From: Camelus dromedarius
Lineage: Eukaryota
Direction of reading: 5' to 3'
Assembly: GCF_036321535.1 (NCBI RefSeq)
Contig: NC_087437.1
Coordinates: forward strand, 10,914,001-10,978,000
Length of the DNA stretch: 64,000 nt
Positions within the stretch are counted from its first letter, which is position 1, and each line of letters opens with the position of its first letter. This document shows positions 11,546-22,849 of the stretch, one piece after another. A program made the translations under genes and the position numbers. The notes under the pieces are model-generated. The model did no database searches and had not been told where the DNA came from. It saw only the letters and a list, made by a program, of their open reading frames with translations.

Positions 11546-14290
11546 TTAATATGGCCCTCTGTGCTTCCAAAATGAGATGGCTTGTGATATTAAACTACAT
11601 GGAAATAGGATTTTAAAAGAATCAGAAAAGAAATTGAGTGAAATGAATAGAAAATGGGTATGACCAGATAACTGGACTGGTTTATGACTGTATTTTACTA
11701 AATTCAGCTTTACATTGCAAACAGATTCTTTTATACCTGAAACGAATGCACACAAGATTACTTGGAGGGACGAAGTTTTTTCTGGCTCCAAATTTAAGTA
11801 GAAATGTATCTCGTGAACTTGAACTAATAGGCATTGGATGTCATAAAAGACGGTGTCATCAACCAGTTTTACAACCATAGCAGTATGTTTCCAGCAGAAG
11901 TTCCTTTTATCTGCCGTCCGTGGAAGCTGCCTCCTTCAGCCGCCTCTTCTTCCTAGAAGTCAGGATTTGCTGCAACATGTGATTAAAAGCATCAGTATGT
12001 CTTACTCTAAAGAATTTTAGAACAACAAGCATGATGACCTGGATGTTTTAAACCATGATAAATACTTGTGAGTTGAATGAAGGTGGTGTAGACACCATCC
12101 TACTTGGCGATGTGGGATGGTTGACGTGTCGGGTGTCTGCCAGTGGTCCCCACATCTGCGACGATTCTCTCTGGAGACCAGGTTGAGAATAAAAGCCGCG
12201 TCTGCTGCAACCACAGCAGGCTTTCACTCATTTAATTCTGGCTTTTCAGCACTAACTTGGGATTTAATTCCCATTTTGCTACCCTCTGGAGAAGAGCCTG
12301 ACTTTTCTTGCATTCTCTTAAAGTGCAGTGGTGTGCCTCCACTGGCAGAGACACCTAGGTTTGAAGGGAGCTCTGCATGTGAGATCTCCGCACGCTGGTT
12401 ATACTTTGGGGTGGCTGTGTGTGCAAGAAAGAGCGTTTACTGAGTGATTAGTATTCACCTGACATTTGTGGACGCTGAAGACAGAGCAGTGGGAGGAAAC
12501 GCAGCCATCCGACAGCCTGTTTGTGTATCTCAGCCACGAGATGGAGAGAAACAGGTGAACTAATTAAGCTACGTGCCCTGTTTTTATAAATCCACTACGC
12601 AGAGTGCACTGTCCAAAAGGGAAAAAAGCACCAAGGCTGCCAGAAGCTGTTTAGACAGAAAGACAATAATGCTCTTTCTAGAGTGGCCATTTATGCCAAC
12701 TTGCTGTGAAACTTTCCAAAGCTAATGAGATATTAAATGCATTTTGTTGAGGGAAGAAGCTGATTAGTCTTTGGGGTTTTTGTGTGTGGTTTTTTTTTTT
12801 TTTTTTTTTTTTTTTTAATGTAATTGGCAAGGAAAAGTACACGGCTGGAATTTTGGAAGCAACTTGTATTCAGAGCCCTGAGGAACACGTGATTGGCTTT
12901 GTGAAAGACGTGGAGACCTCCCTTACTTGGCTGGGAACTTCACAGCAGTTGTGACGTGTAACTAACTTCTCTGGATTGGGTTCATCCAATGACCTTTCCT
13001 GGTGTTTGTAGGGCACCCTTCACCTCTGTTTAGATGTCTGAACATTTTGTTTTCTGACAGGACTGTCATGGCTTTCAAAGACAGTTCTCATTCTGGGAGG
13101 GGTTTTCAAACTTGAGGCTTTTCAGAAAACCCATTACATATGATTTAAGCCAGTAATTGATCATTTAACCTATATCAAACCCATAGACAGCCAGTATGGA
13201 ACTACATGTCACATAACACACAGCTCATCATCTGTCTTATGGAACCAGGGGATTCTTGAAATTGATATGATTGTCATTAAACAACATTAAACCAAAATTT
13301 TTTGTTCTCCTTTAAGATGGTTGCTGAAGGTGAGTTTGAAGAATCTAAGTTTAGTTCAACCTAGGTGGGCTTGAAAAGATAATTCTATGTGCTTAAAGGG
13401 TCGTTTCACACCAGTTTCTTAATATCAAGCCATCTATGGAAGATTCTTGTCCAAGCTTATATATTTTTGTGTGCGAAATCTCAAGTTGTGTGGGATACTA
13501 GTTACCTAATCCAAATACTGGGAGGCTAAATAGTCCCTTCAAAATATCTACCAGATGTGTAGATTGTTGTATGACAGATTAACTAGGTAAAAATAAGAAC
13601 AGGCAACACACCTGAAAACGCAGATGAAAATCCTTCCAAATTAGTGAACGTGTCAGCACCTCAGAAGGCACGACTGTAACTACAGTGATGACTGTCATCA
13701 CAAATGATAAATTCAAGTGGAAGCATGGAGTGCTTGAAAGTCTTGAAAGAGCTGAACAAACTTTAAAAAAAAAAGTTTAAACTCTTGCATTACGTAGGAG
13801 TAGATGGAGGCAAAATCAAAAGCATCTCAAGGCCAAGTACACATGTGCGAAGCAACACGGTCCAAGAAAGCAGGGAGGAGAGTGAATCAGAGGGTGAGAG
13901 CCTGCTGGAAGTGACCAAAGGACAATTCTACTGCCCAAGACTTCTTTGCTGGGTGGGTCTGACTCACCAGCCACCAGGTGAGACCTTGGGGGTAGAGGAG
14001 CAGGTAGCAAGTCAAATGTGAAGCCCTGTGTTCGAGCCCTGGTCCCACACTCCCTGGCTGCAGGTCCCGCCTCAGTTTACTTCTCTGAGTCCCAGTTTCC
14101 TAGCTGTAAACCAGATAGTCCTGACAGCTGAACCACAGAGTTGTCTGAGGATTAAATGAGGTAACATACGGAAAGTACTTAGTCTCACAGCCAGATGCTG
14201 GCAGGTCTAGGATCTCAGTCTGAACAGGGTCCAGAGCCAGGTTCCTGATTGCTCTGCCCTAGAAGAGATGAGACTTGAATGAATGCAAGG

Positions 14291-14386
14291 CAGTGCTGTC
14301 CAATGAAACAAAACATGAGCTACAAAAATGAGAGTCACATGTGTAGTTATAACTTTTCTAGTAGTAACGTTTTAAAAAGGGAAGAA
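14291..14386 (+). mobile_element. MER33 (hAT-Charlie MITE), 5' part
   Basis: cagtgctgtccaat...cacatgtgtagttataacttttctagtagtaac matches the MER33 left end. Confidence 0.7.
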
Positions 14387-15825
14387 CAAGTGTGTTGGGA
14401 AAACTGGGCAGTCACATGTGAATCAATGAAGCTAGAACACTCCTTCACCATACAAAAAAATAAACTCAAAATGGCTTAAAGACTTAAACATAAGACAAAA
14501 CACTATAAACCTTCTAGAAGAAAACATAGGCAAAACACTTTCTGACAAAAATCTTAGCAGTGTTCTCCTAAGGCAGTCTACCAGGCAATAGAAATGAAAG
14601 CAAAAATAATCAAATGGGACCTAATTAATCTTATAAGCTTTTGCACAGCAAAGGAAACTATAAAAAGACAACCTATGGAATGGGAAAAAATATTTGCAAA
14701 TGATGCAGCTGACAAGGGTTTAATTTCCAGAATATATAAACAGCTCATACAACTTAATAACAAAAAACCAAACAACCCAATCCAAAAATGGGCAGATCTA
14801 AACAAATAATTCTCCAGTGAAGACAAACAAATGGCCAATAGGCACATGAAAAAAATGCTCAATATTGCCAATTATCATAGAAATGCAAATCAAAACTCCA
14901 ATGAGAAATCACCTCACATGGTTAGAAAGGCCATCATTAAAAAGCCTAATGCATGACTGGGACATTGTGCTATACACCAGAAATTGATACATTGTAACTG
15001 ACTGTACTTCAAAAAAACCCAAAAGTCCATAAACAATAAATGCTGGAGACGATGTCGAGGAAATCCTTCTACACTGTTGGTGGGAATGTAATTTGGTCCA
15101 GCCATTATGGAAAACAGAGTGGAGATTCCTTAAAAAACTAAAAATAGACTCATCATACTATCCAGCAATCCCACTCCTAGGTATATATTCTGGGAAAACT
15201 CAAAATTCAAAAAGATATATGCATCCCAGTGTTCACAGCAGCACTACTTACAATAGCCAAGACATGGAAACAATCTCAAAGTCCACAGACAGATGACTGG
15301 ATAGAGAAGCTGTGGTCTATTTATACAATGGAATACTATTCAGCAATTAAAAAAAAGAATAAAATAATGCCATTTGCAGCAACATGGATGGACCTGGAGG
15401 TTGCCATACTAAGTGAAGTAAGCCAGAAAGAGAAAGAAAAATACCATATGATATCACTTACATGCAAAATCTAAAAACAACAATAACAACAACAACAACA
15501 AAACCAATGAACTTATTTACAGAACAGAAACAGACTCACAGACATAGAAAACAAACTTATGGTTACCAGAGGGGGAAAGGGGTGGGGAGGGATAAACAGG
15601 GAGTCTGAGATTTGCAGATACTAACTACTATATATAAAATAGATAAACAACAAGTTTTTCTGTAAGACACAGGGAACTATATTCAATATCTTGTAGTAAC
15701 CTGTAATGAAAAAGAATCTGAAAAGAAATACACAAATGTACGTGTATGACTGAAACATTACGCTGTACACCAGAAATTGACACAACATTGTAAACTGACT
15801 GTATTTAAATTTTTTTAAAAAAAAA
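14387..15825 (+). mobile_element. 5'-truncated L1 (ORF2 C-terminal part plus 3' UTR)
   Basis: L1 ORF2 peptides [57 protein letters not shown]; ends in an A-run at 15817-15825. Confidence 0.95.
14950..15020 (+). mobile_element. Very short L1 3' end nested inside the larger L1
   Basis: gcatgactgggacattgtgctatacaccagaaattgatacattgtaactgactgtacttcaaaaaaa interrupts ORF2; flanks are AAAAGCCTA and AAAAGTCCA. Confidence 0.75.
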
Positions 15826-15833
15826 GATGGGAT

Positions 15834-15972
15834 TGATTAGATTTCTTTTGACCGGTATCCAAGGTATTCAGGTGGGTCCTCTGGATTACATGGTTGATGA
15901 GATTCTGTGGTCAAAGAAGTTCTTTATCTGATGAGATTATATTGATGACGGGTTTATCCACTATATATAAAG
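15834..15972 (+). promoter_or_regulatory. Putative proximal promoter: clustered DUX-like double-homeodomain motifs plus TATA box
   Basis: TGATTAGATTT (15834-15844), TGATGAGATTC (15895-15905), TGATGAGATTA (15929-15939), TGACGGGTTTA (15946-15956), then TATATATAAAG (15962-15972). No ATG between ~15994 and the ORF start. Confidence 0.6.
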
Positions 15973-16185
15973 AGAGCTCACCGTCCAGATGGGACTTAGC
16001 TCGCAGAGAGTTTGCAAAGCGAAGGGGCTCCGAGCTCCAAGTGTGCTGACCGGGACCTCACTAGAGAACTGGCTTCACTGGCTTCTCCATCGATTTGGAT
16101 TCTGACCCGAGGAACAAGGAGGTGTGTGAAAACCTCCCGTTGAGAAGACAGAGCGCGCGCGGGTCACAGTCTCCGGGCCTGAGAG

Positions 16186-16608
16186 ATGGGGAACTGCCTG
16201 AATCCCCGCACCGCCGAGGATGTCTTCGTTCCCGAGTCCCCCGTGCGCTTCGGCGGGAGGAGACGCTGGGCTCGCTCCCCGGAGAGGAGACCGCGCCGCC
16301 GGGAGTCCCACCAGGCGCGAGCGGCGCCGCTGACCCTGGAGGAGCAGGTGAGGGTCGCTCAAAGGCTCAGCCAAATACAGCGTCTGCCTGCAGGGGTGTA
16401 CGGATCGGATGGGTTAGGAGAAGACACGCAGCAGGAGTGTGCGATCTGTTCCATGGACTTCGTTTGCGGGGACCGCACTCGATCTCTGCCCTGCAAGCAC
16501 GTCTATCATCTGGACTGTATAGACGAGTGGTTGATGCGGTCCTGCACCTGCCCCTACTGCCGCAGGCCCCCGGAGGTGCCGCCGCCTCCAACCCAGGGGA
16601 AGAATTGA
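16186..16608 (+). CDS. RNF11: RNF11-like RING-H2 E3 ubiquitin ligase; intronless, diverged retrogene paralog (not the parental multi-exon gene)
   Basis: 140-aa ORF starting MGNCL. LTLEEQVRVAQRLSQIQRLPAGVY parallels RNF11 LTEEEQIRIAQRIGLIQHLPKGVY. RING-H2 ECAICSMDFVCGDRTRSLPCKHVYHLDCIDEWLMRSCTCPYC parallels RNF11 ECVICMMDFVYGDPIRFLPCMHIYHLDCIDDWLMRSFTCPSC (RNF11 sequence recalled from memory). Strong Kozak context gagATGG, no introns, no frameshift or internal stop. Confidence 0.9.
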   Translation: MGNCLNPRTAEDVFVPESPVRFGGRRRWARSPERRPRRRESHQARAAPLTLEEQVRVAQRLSQIQRLPAGVYGSDGLGEDTQQECAICSMDFVCGDRTRSLPCKHVYHLDCIDEWLMRSCTCPYCRRPPEVPPPPTQGKN

Positions 16609-16896
16609 GTCAGGAATCCTTGTTTGATTTCAAGCAACTCACCGTATTTATGACTGATATTTTGTCACCAAGCCCAAATAAGCCAAGGATTAGGAATTAA
16701 AAACATGCACATTTTTTTTACGTTCCAGAATGGTTGCAGATATTGGGGAATAATTTCCCATAATGTAGAATCTTGGGCAGGAAATAGCCTATAAAGCCTT
16801 GACTGAGCGTACAAAAATGTAATTACATGTTATTACTTATTGTTTCAGTACAGAGGAACTGTGTAATGTGTTATACTTCAATTAAAAGAAAAAGAA

Positions 16897-17027
16897 ATCC
16901 TGACTTCCTTCTCTTTACTCTATAAAATAATGTTTCTCCCCTTTGTGGGACTTCCCTTGGCTTTTGCTATAGCCTGCTTATCCCAAATTGTGATTCTTTG
17001 CTGTTCCTGAATAAACCCATTTTGCTT
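16897..17027 (+). mobile_element. ERV1-type LTR 3' fragment (MER34/MER39-like)
   Basis: cccaaattgtgattctttgctgttcctgaataaacccattttgct resembles the R/U5 end of MER34-class LTRs. Confidence 0.45.
17010..17015 (+). terminator. Polyadenylation signal AATAAA followed by a degenerate A-rich tail
   Basis: AATAAA lies inside an LTR-like 3' fragment; the A-rich run ATAAATGATAAATAAATAAAGG begins about 13 nt downstream. Confidence 0.55.
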
Positions 17028-17063
17028 ATAAATGATAAATAAATAAAGGAAGAAAGGAAAGAA

Positions 17064-17407
17064 ACATTAAATTTTTGTATTATTTTAAATTATTTCATAA
17101 TTTAATTTTTAAATTATATAAATTAAATATGAAATATATAAACAACATATACATAATACATAAATTAAATACATTTGTAATCTTAAAATTATTTAAAAAT
17201 CATTTTGTAAAATAATTTAACCCAGGATAGCCCCCCAAATTATCATTTCAACATGTATCAGTGTAAATAATTATGAGATCACGTCCATGTCTTTTCACAC
17301 CAAGCATCTGAATCTGGCAAGTTATTTTGCACATCTCTATTTGGATTGTCCATATCTCCAGTGTTCAACAGTACTTGTGTGTGGTGGCCGCCATATTGGA
17401 TAGCACA
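17064..17407 (+). mobile_element. MER33, 3' part with AT-rich expansion
   Basis: atttaaccca...ttatcatttcaacatgt...gtggtggccgccatattggatagcaca matches the MER33 right half and terminus. Confidence 0.7.
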
Positions 17408-19588
17408 TGTTTAAAGACTCTCACTGTCTCCCTTAGTCACCCAAAGAGCCAGGCTGCTCTTATTTTCCACAGTCAACTCCCACTGTCCAATCCGGAGCCT
17501 CCTTTAGGATGCCAGCCACTTATCAGAATGCCTGAGCCTCCCCCTCCAATCAGCCTTGGGGGCACTGGGACACCAGCCCCATGGACAAAAACCCAGATTC
17601 CACTGTCCTGTTGTCTAGATTGGGACCTCAGTTTGCCCACGGCTGGGCAGCCAGTTCTGTGGGTCCACCCTGAGCCTCCCACTCCCTTTCTGCCTGGAGT
17701 GAGTCCAGCTCGGTGAGTCAGGGCATGAGCTATGAGTAATCCAGAAGGCTCTGGAACAATTGTCTTCCTGACCAGCTTTTGAATCACCCAAGATCACTCT
17801 CCGGGATCAGATCAAGTTGGGGAAATTGGTTCTGCCCAACCAACCCAGGCTTTCAGCCAGGATTTCTCATCTGGTCCCTCCTTTCCTTCTTGGCTCCCAG
17901 ACAGCCAGGCACTTGGCAGAGGAGCTTGAATTTTCTGGAATTGCTTTTGCAGGGAATTTGGCATCAGCTAATCAGCCCCTTCATGTGGCTGCCATTCTCT
18001 CAAGGTTGAGTTCATCAGGTCGTCTTCTTTTTCCCTCACTCTCTCTTTCATTTAAAAAAGCCCTAACCATTAAAATGTAAGATAACTCAGGAAGCTGGAG
18101 AGTGGTTTGAATATAATGAAAAATCAAAAGAAGATTCTGGTTACGGTGTGCTGTCAACTTCTCACTTGACTGAAACCAGTCTCTCCGCCTGAGTCCTCGC
18201 CCAGAAACTTCTGCAGGTTCTGCTCGGGGCCCCACTGCCCCTGGTATTGATTTAAATACACCGGGGCAAGATTTAAAAATTCTTGCAAGGGAAAGTGCTC
18301 CAATACTAGAGGGACCTGATGTTGAAAACAAAATATAACAATGGAGTTAATTAGCATCGCTTGGCTCACAAAGCCCTCTCCAGGGGATCCTTGATTTAAA
18401 TCAGGGCTGTGTGCAAGAGGGAACAGCCCCCAAAGAGAGACCCCTTCCATCCGCAGCCTGGCCCGCCGGCTCCCTGCCTCTCCCTTGGCTCTAGGAGGAG
18501 TAACAGCTGAGCCTGGAGCGGTGGGCAGCCTTTACCAGCTGCATGCTAATAGGGCCCAGCCTGGCCCACCTCCCCGCCTGCCTTCCCTGGGCCCTTTGCT
18601 GCTGTCCAGACCTTCTTAACCAGTTAGGCTCACATGTGGCCAGGCCAGAGGGGCATCAGTCATTTTCCCAGAAGCCTTTGGGTGAGCCTGGACTTTTAGA
18701 CCTGAGCTCTCCTCCCAGCCTGGCCCAAGGAAGGGCCTTCGCTACCTGACCCTGCCATGATTTCCCTCGGCTGTGAGCTGGCTGTTGCACAGATTCCCTG
18801 CATGCTCACGACCACCTTGCCGGGCAGGCATTATAATCCCCATTTTACGAAAGAAGAACTGAGACTCCGAGAGGTTAAAGTGATATTTCTAAGGCTGAAC
18901 TAGTGTAAGAAGCAGTCCTGAAACTCCAACCCAGATCTCTCTTGCTCCAGAGCCCTGTGCCGGGCATCCCGTTCCTCACCCCTCTCTGGTCCCAGCTGGT
19001 TGAGATTCGGGGACGGGCAGCTAATACTTTGTGGCTGGTTGCATGTTGCAAAGATGGATAACTATATAAATATAACACAGAGGTTAAACACTGGCTGAAG
19101 GGGTCTTCTCTGTGGGAGCTGTTCTATCCCGCACCAAACTCTGATTTAATCTTAAGAACCCCTCGAGGGGGTTTTATGAGCCACACAATGATCTCTATCT
19201 ATATCTGATAATCTTCCAACCCAAACACTCTTATGGTGTGGCTGATGCCCCTTCACTGGGAGGTTGTCTGTTTCTCCTCCCTTGATCCTGGCTGGCCCAC
19301 GACTGCCCCAGCAGAGAACCCTGCGGAAGCTCTGCTGTGTGGTTTGAGGTGAGGTCACAGAGGATTCAGGCTCTCTCTCTAGGCTACAGCAAATCACCGC
19401 CTGAATGGGGGTGGTCCACGTCCCAGCTCACTCACCTGACTCAGGACCTTACTGTGGGCCTTACCACAGGACGGCTCCCAGTATGGAAGCTCGCTTTTCT
19501 CACAAGGACTCTAAGAAATGGAGGAGGGGGTAGGGAGGGAGATGGAAGTCCTAGTCTTCTTGTAACCTAATCTCAAAAGTGATGTTCC

Positions 19589-19723
19589 TATATCCAAAGG
19601 AAACTCTAATTCTAAAAGACACATGCACCTCCAATGTTCATAACAGTGCTATTTATAATAGCCAAGACATGGAAGCAACCTTAAATAACCATCAACAGAT
19701 GAACAGATAAAGAAGATTTTATG

Positions 19724-19772
<49 letters not shown>

Positions 19773-20234
19773 GAATATTACTCAGTCATAAAAAAGAATG
19801 AAATAATGGCATTTGCAATGCCAACATGGACGGACCTGGAGACTGTCATTCTAAATGAAGTAAGCCAGAAAGAGAAAGAAAAATATCATATGATATCACT
19901 TATTTGTGGAATCTAAAAAAAAAAAATGGCACAAATGAATTTATTTGTAAGACAGAACAGACTCACAGACATAGAAAACAAACTTATGGTTGCCAAAGGG
20001 GAAAGAGGGTGAGGGACAAATTAAAAGTTCAGGATTAGCAGATACATGCTACTATCTATAAAACAGACGAACAACAAGGCCCTACTGTACAGCACAGGGA
20101 ACTATATTCAATATCTGGTAATAACTGATAATAATAAAGAAGATGAAAAGGAATATATATATGTGTAACTGAATCACTATACTATACACCAGAAATTAAC
20201 ACAACATTGTAAATTCACTCTACTTCAATTAAAA
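19589..20234 (+). mobile_element. 5'-truncated young L1 with (CA)n, inserted in an MLT1-like LTR
   Basis: L1 3' end with poly(A); TSD AAAAGTGATGT(T/C)CC at 19575-19588 and 20235-20248; (CA)n at about 19727-19769. Confidence 0.92.
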
Positions 20235-22849
20235 AAAAGTGATGTCCCGTCATTTTGCCATGTTCTGTTTGTTAGAAGCCAGGTCCAGCCAACACACGAG
20301 AGAAGGAAACAACACAAGGGCCTGAACGGCACAAGGGAGATCCCTGGGGCTCCACCTCAGAGGCCTCTGCTGATGCTCTGGACCCAGCTGTGCTGCGCTG
20401 GTTGACCAGATGCACATACTCAGGCACAGGGGACTGGACCCATCCCAGGGCAAGCAGCTAGTGGAACATGTTTCAGTGTGGACCTTCTGCCTGCTTTGCC
20501 TCTTTTTGGAGTTTCAATTCCAGGAATGATTTGCTGCAGAGGACACAGATTCCATTCAAGCACTGTACACTCTATTAATAACTTTTCCAAACTAACTCTG
20601 CATTTAGTTATTTTAGATTTGTCCGGTCCTAGGCCTCACCCTCCTCTCTTCATTTGAGGCTGCGGGGCCGTGAAGAACACTAATGGAATTTCTGGGCTTC
20701 ATACCCCTTCTCCACCCTGGCCACACTTGAGAATCACCTGGGGAGGTTTAAAAGTCCAGTCACAAAGGCCACATCCCAAACTCATCATGTCAGAATTTAT
20801 GGAGGGGGTATCCAGGTGCTGAGGGTTTTTTTTGGAAAGCTGCCCAAGTTATTCCAAGGTGCAGTCAGTCTGATGGCGATCCCCAGGGGAGTCTGACTCA
20901 GCAGGTGGAGGGTGGGGCCTGAGACTCAGTTTCCCACCAGCTCCCAGGAGATGCTGATGCCACAGGTTCACCGCCCACACTTCGGAGGATTGCTATTTCA
21001 GGGCAGTGGTTCTCAGTCTTGGCTGCCTAGTGAATCTTTGTGGAAGCTTGAAAAATGCTGCTGCCTGGTCCCTGTCCTTGGTATTTTTATTCAGTCAGTC
21101 TGGGCTGAGGCCCTGGCATCAGGCATGACCCACATAATTCCCCTGTGCAACCGAGGCTATGCAGTCCCTGCTCTGGATGCCCCCAGGGTCTCCTTTCACA
21201 CTCCCTAACCCCATCACTGCAGCCTCTACCCCAAAACTGCATCCTCCCCACCCCCTTTCCTCACTGACGCTCTTCCCCGAGGAAGGCGGCTGTCGTCAGT
21301 GTGCTTTGACAGCAACAGGGCAGGCGTCCAGGCTTGCAAACATCCTTCTGCAGGTCCAGAAGCTTCCACCCTTAGCAATTCTTCTCTGTGTGCTGAGCAT
21401 CACTCTCTCCTTGGAGACTTTTTATAAACAGAGGCTTCCTGAGATTAGTAGCAGATTAAATCTCCAACAAATCTCTAAAAAACCCTCCTGGCCTCCCTCC
21501 TTCCAAATGGCTTCCAACCAACATCCAAAAATGCAACCAGAAGGCTCTTCCGAAAAGGCAAAATCAGATGACACCCTTGCTTAAGCCCTCCTGGTCTTGC
21601 CTCTGCTTTCTCCAGGACGCTGTTGACCGGACTGTCTCTCCCCTCTGCTGGTCACCGCGACCTGCCACATTTCAGCTGCTGCCTTCTGCGAGGTCCCGAG
21701 CTGCCCAGCTCCTGGGCCTGTGCTCCTGCCTCCCTGCCTTCCCCTCTCTCAGGGCAGCCAAGAGAGAGGAACACCCAAGGTCAGGGTCTGGGTCCCCCAC
21801 TGCCCTGACCCGCTGTCCATCCACAGCACCCTAACTGCTCACAAAGGGCTTGGAAGGAAAGGAGGAAACAAATGGGGCACTTCAGTGGGGGGGGGGGGGG
21901 GAAGGGGATTTACTAAAGGATAGAAAAGGAGGCCAGGCAGGGAGCGAGCAGCCCACCCTGAGTTTTATCGGGTCATTCCATTCTGCGTCTTCAGGAGGGC
22001 AAGTCTTTCTTTGTAGAACACCCTACAGTGGACAGTGGCTCTGGCCCAGGCTCCAGGTTTTCCCGAAAAGTCACTCGAAGATGAAAGGATGAATCACAAA
22101 CTTCCTTAACCGAACACATCCTTTCTGTCTGGTAACTCTCCAAAGACCCCAGGGCTAATTCAAAAGTAATGACTCAGCTTCATAAAGACTGCAAATATTT
22201 TTCACGGGAAATGAAGAGGAGTGAATCATGATGGGAGGACCACTGAACCCCCATCTCTAGAAGGAGCCTTTCCGCGGGTCTGGAGTCGAATCCCGAAGGA
22301 AGATGAAGCAAACGTCGTTTGCCCTGAGACCTCTCTCTCTCAGCCTCCTCCAGTCCGCTCTCCCTTTTCTGTCCTCGTCTGGCCCCTCTTCTCTCTCCCC
22401 TGTTCTGGCTGCTTTGCAGTGTTTCTCGATAAAACTTGAGTAACACAGAGCCTTAGCCCTGCTTTTGCACGTGACTGCAAGTCTGGCGTGGAGAACCCCC
22501 GGCTTGGGACACTTCCTGGTCCCGTCTGGGTCAGCTGCCCTTGGCCTGTTTTTCTGCCCCATCTGCCCTGGGTGAACGGGTCTCATTCTTGCCCTCCCAG
22601 GAGTGTATTCAGGGCTGCAGGCTGTTCCCAGGGAGCACGTCATGATGCAAGGAGATGAGAGTGATGTGGAGTCCCCTCGGATATGTTAAAAAAAAAAAAT
22701 CCAGTCATTTGACAGTTGTGATGTTTTAACTGCCATTAGTAATAAACCACTGGTTACTTTTCTTAAAAACAAATCAACAGGTATCCAGTGTTCTGAATCA
22801 GAGGCCTCTTAAACTTTAACTCGCATCTGAAACACCTTTGAAAATGTAC

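Noticed and set aside
16095..16700. 201-aa overlapping + strand ORF and antisense ORFs over the RNF11-like gene
   Set aside because: Non-ATG start, no recognisable domain, and explained by the high GC content of the real CDS in another frame.
17064..17215. Extremely AT-rich stretch after the retrogene
   Set aside because: Low-complexity expansion within the AT-rich core of MER33; no independent structure seen.
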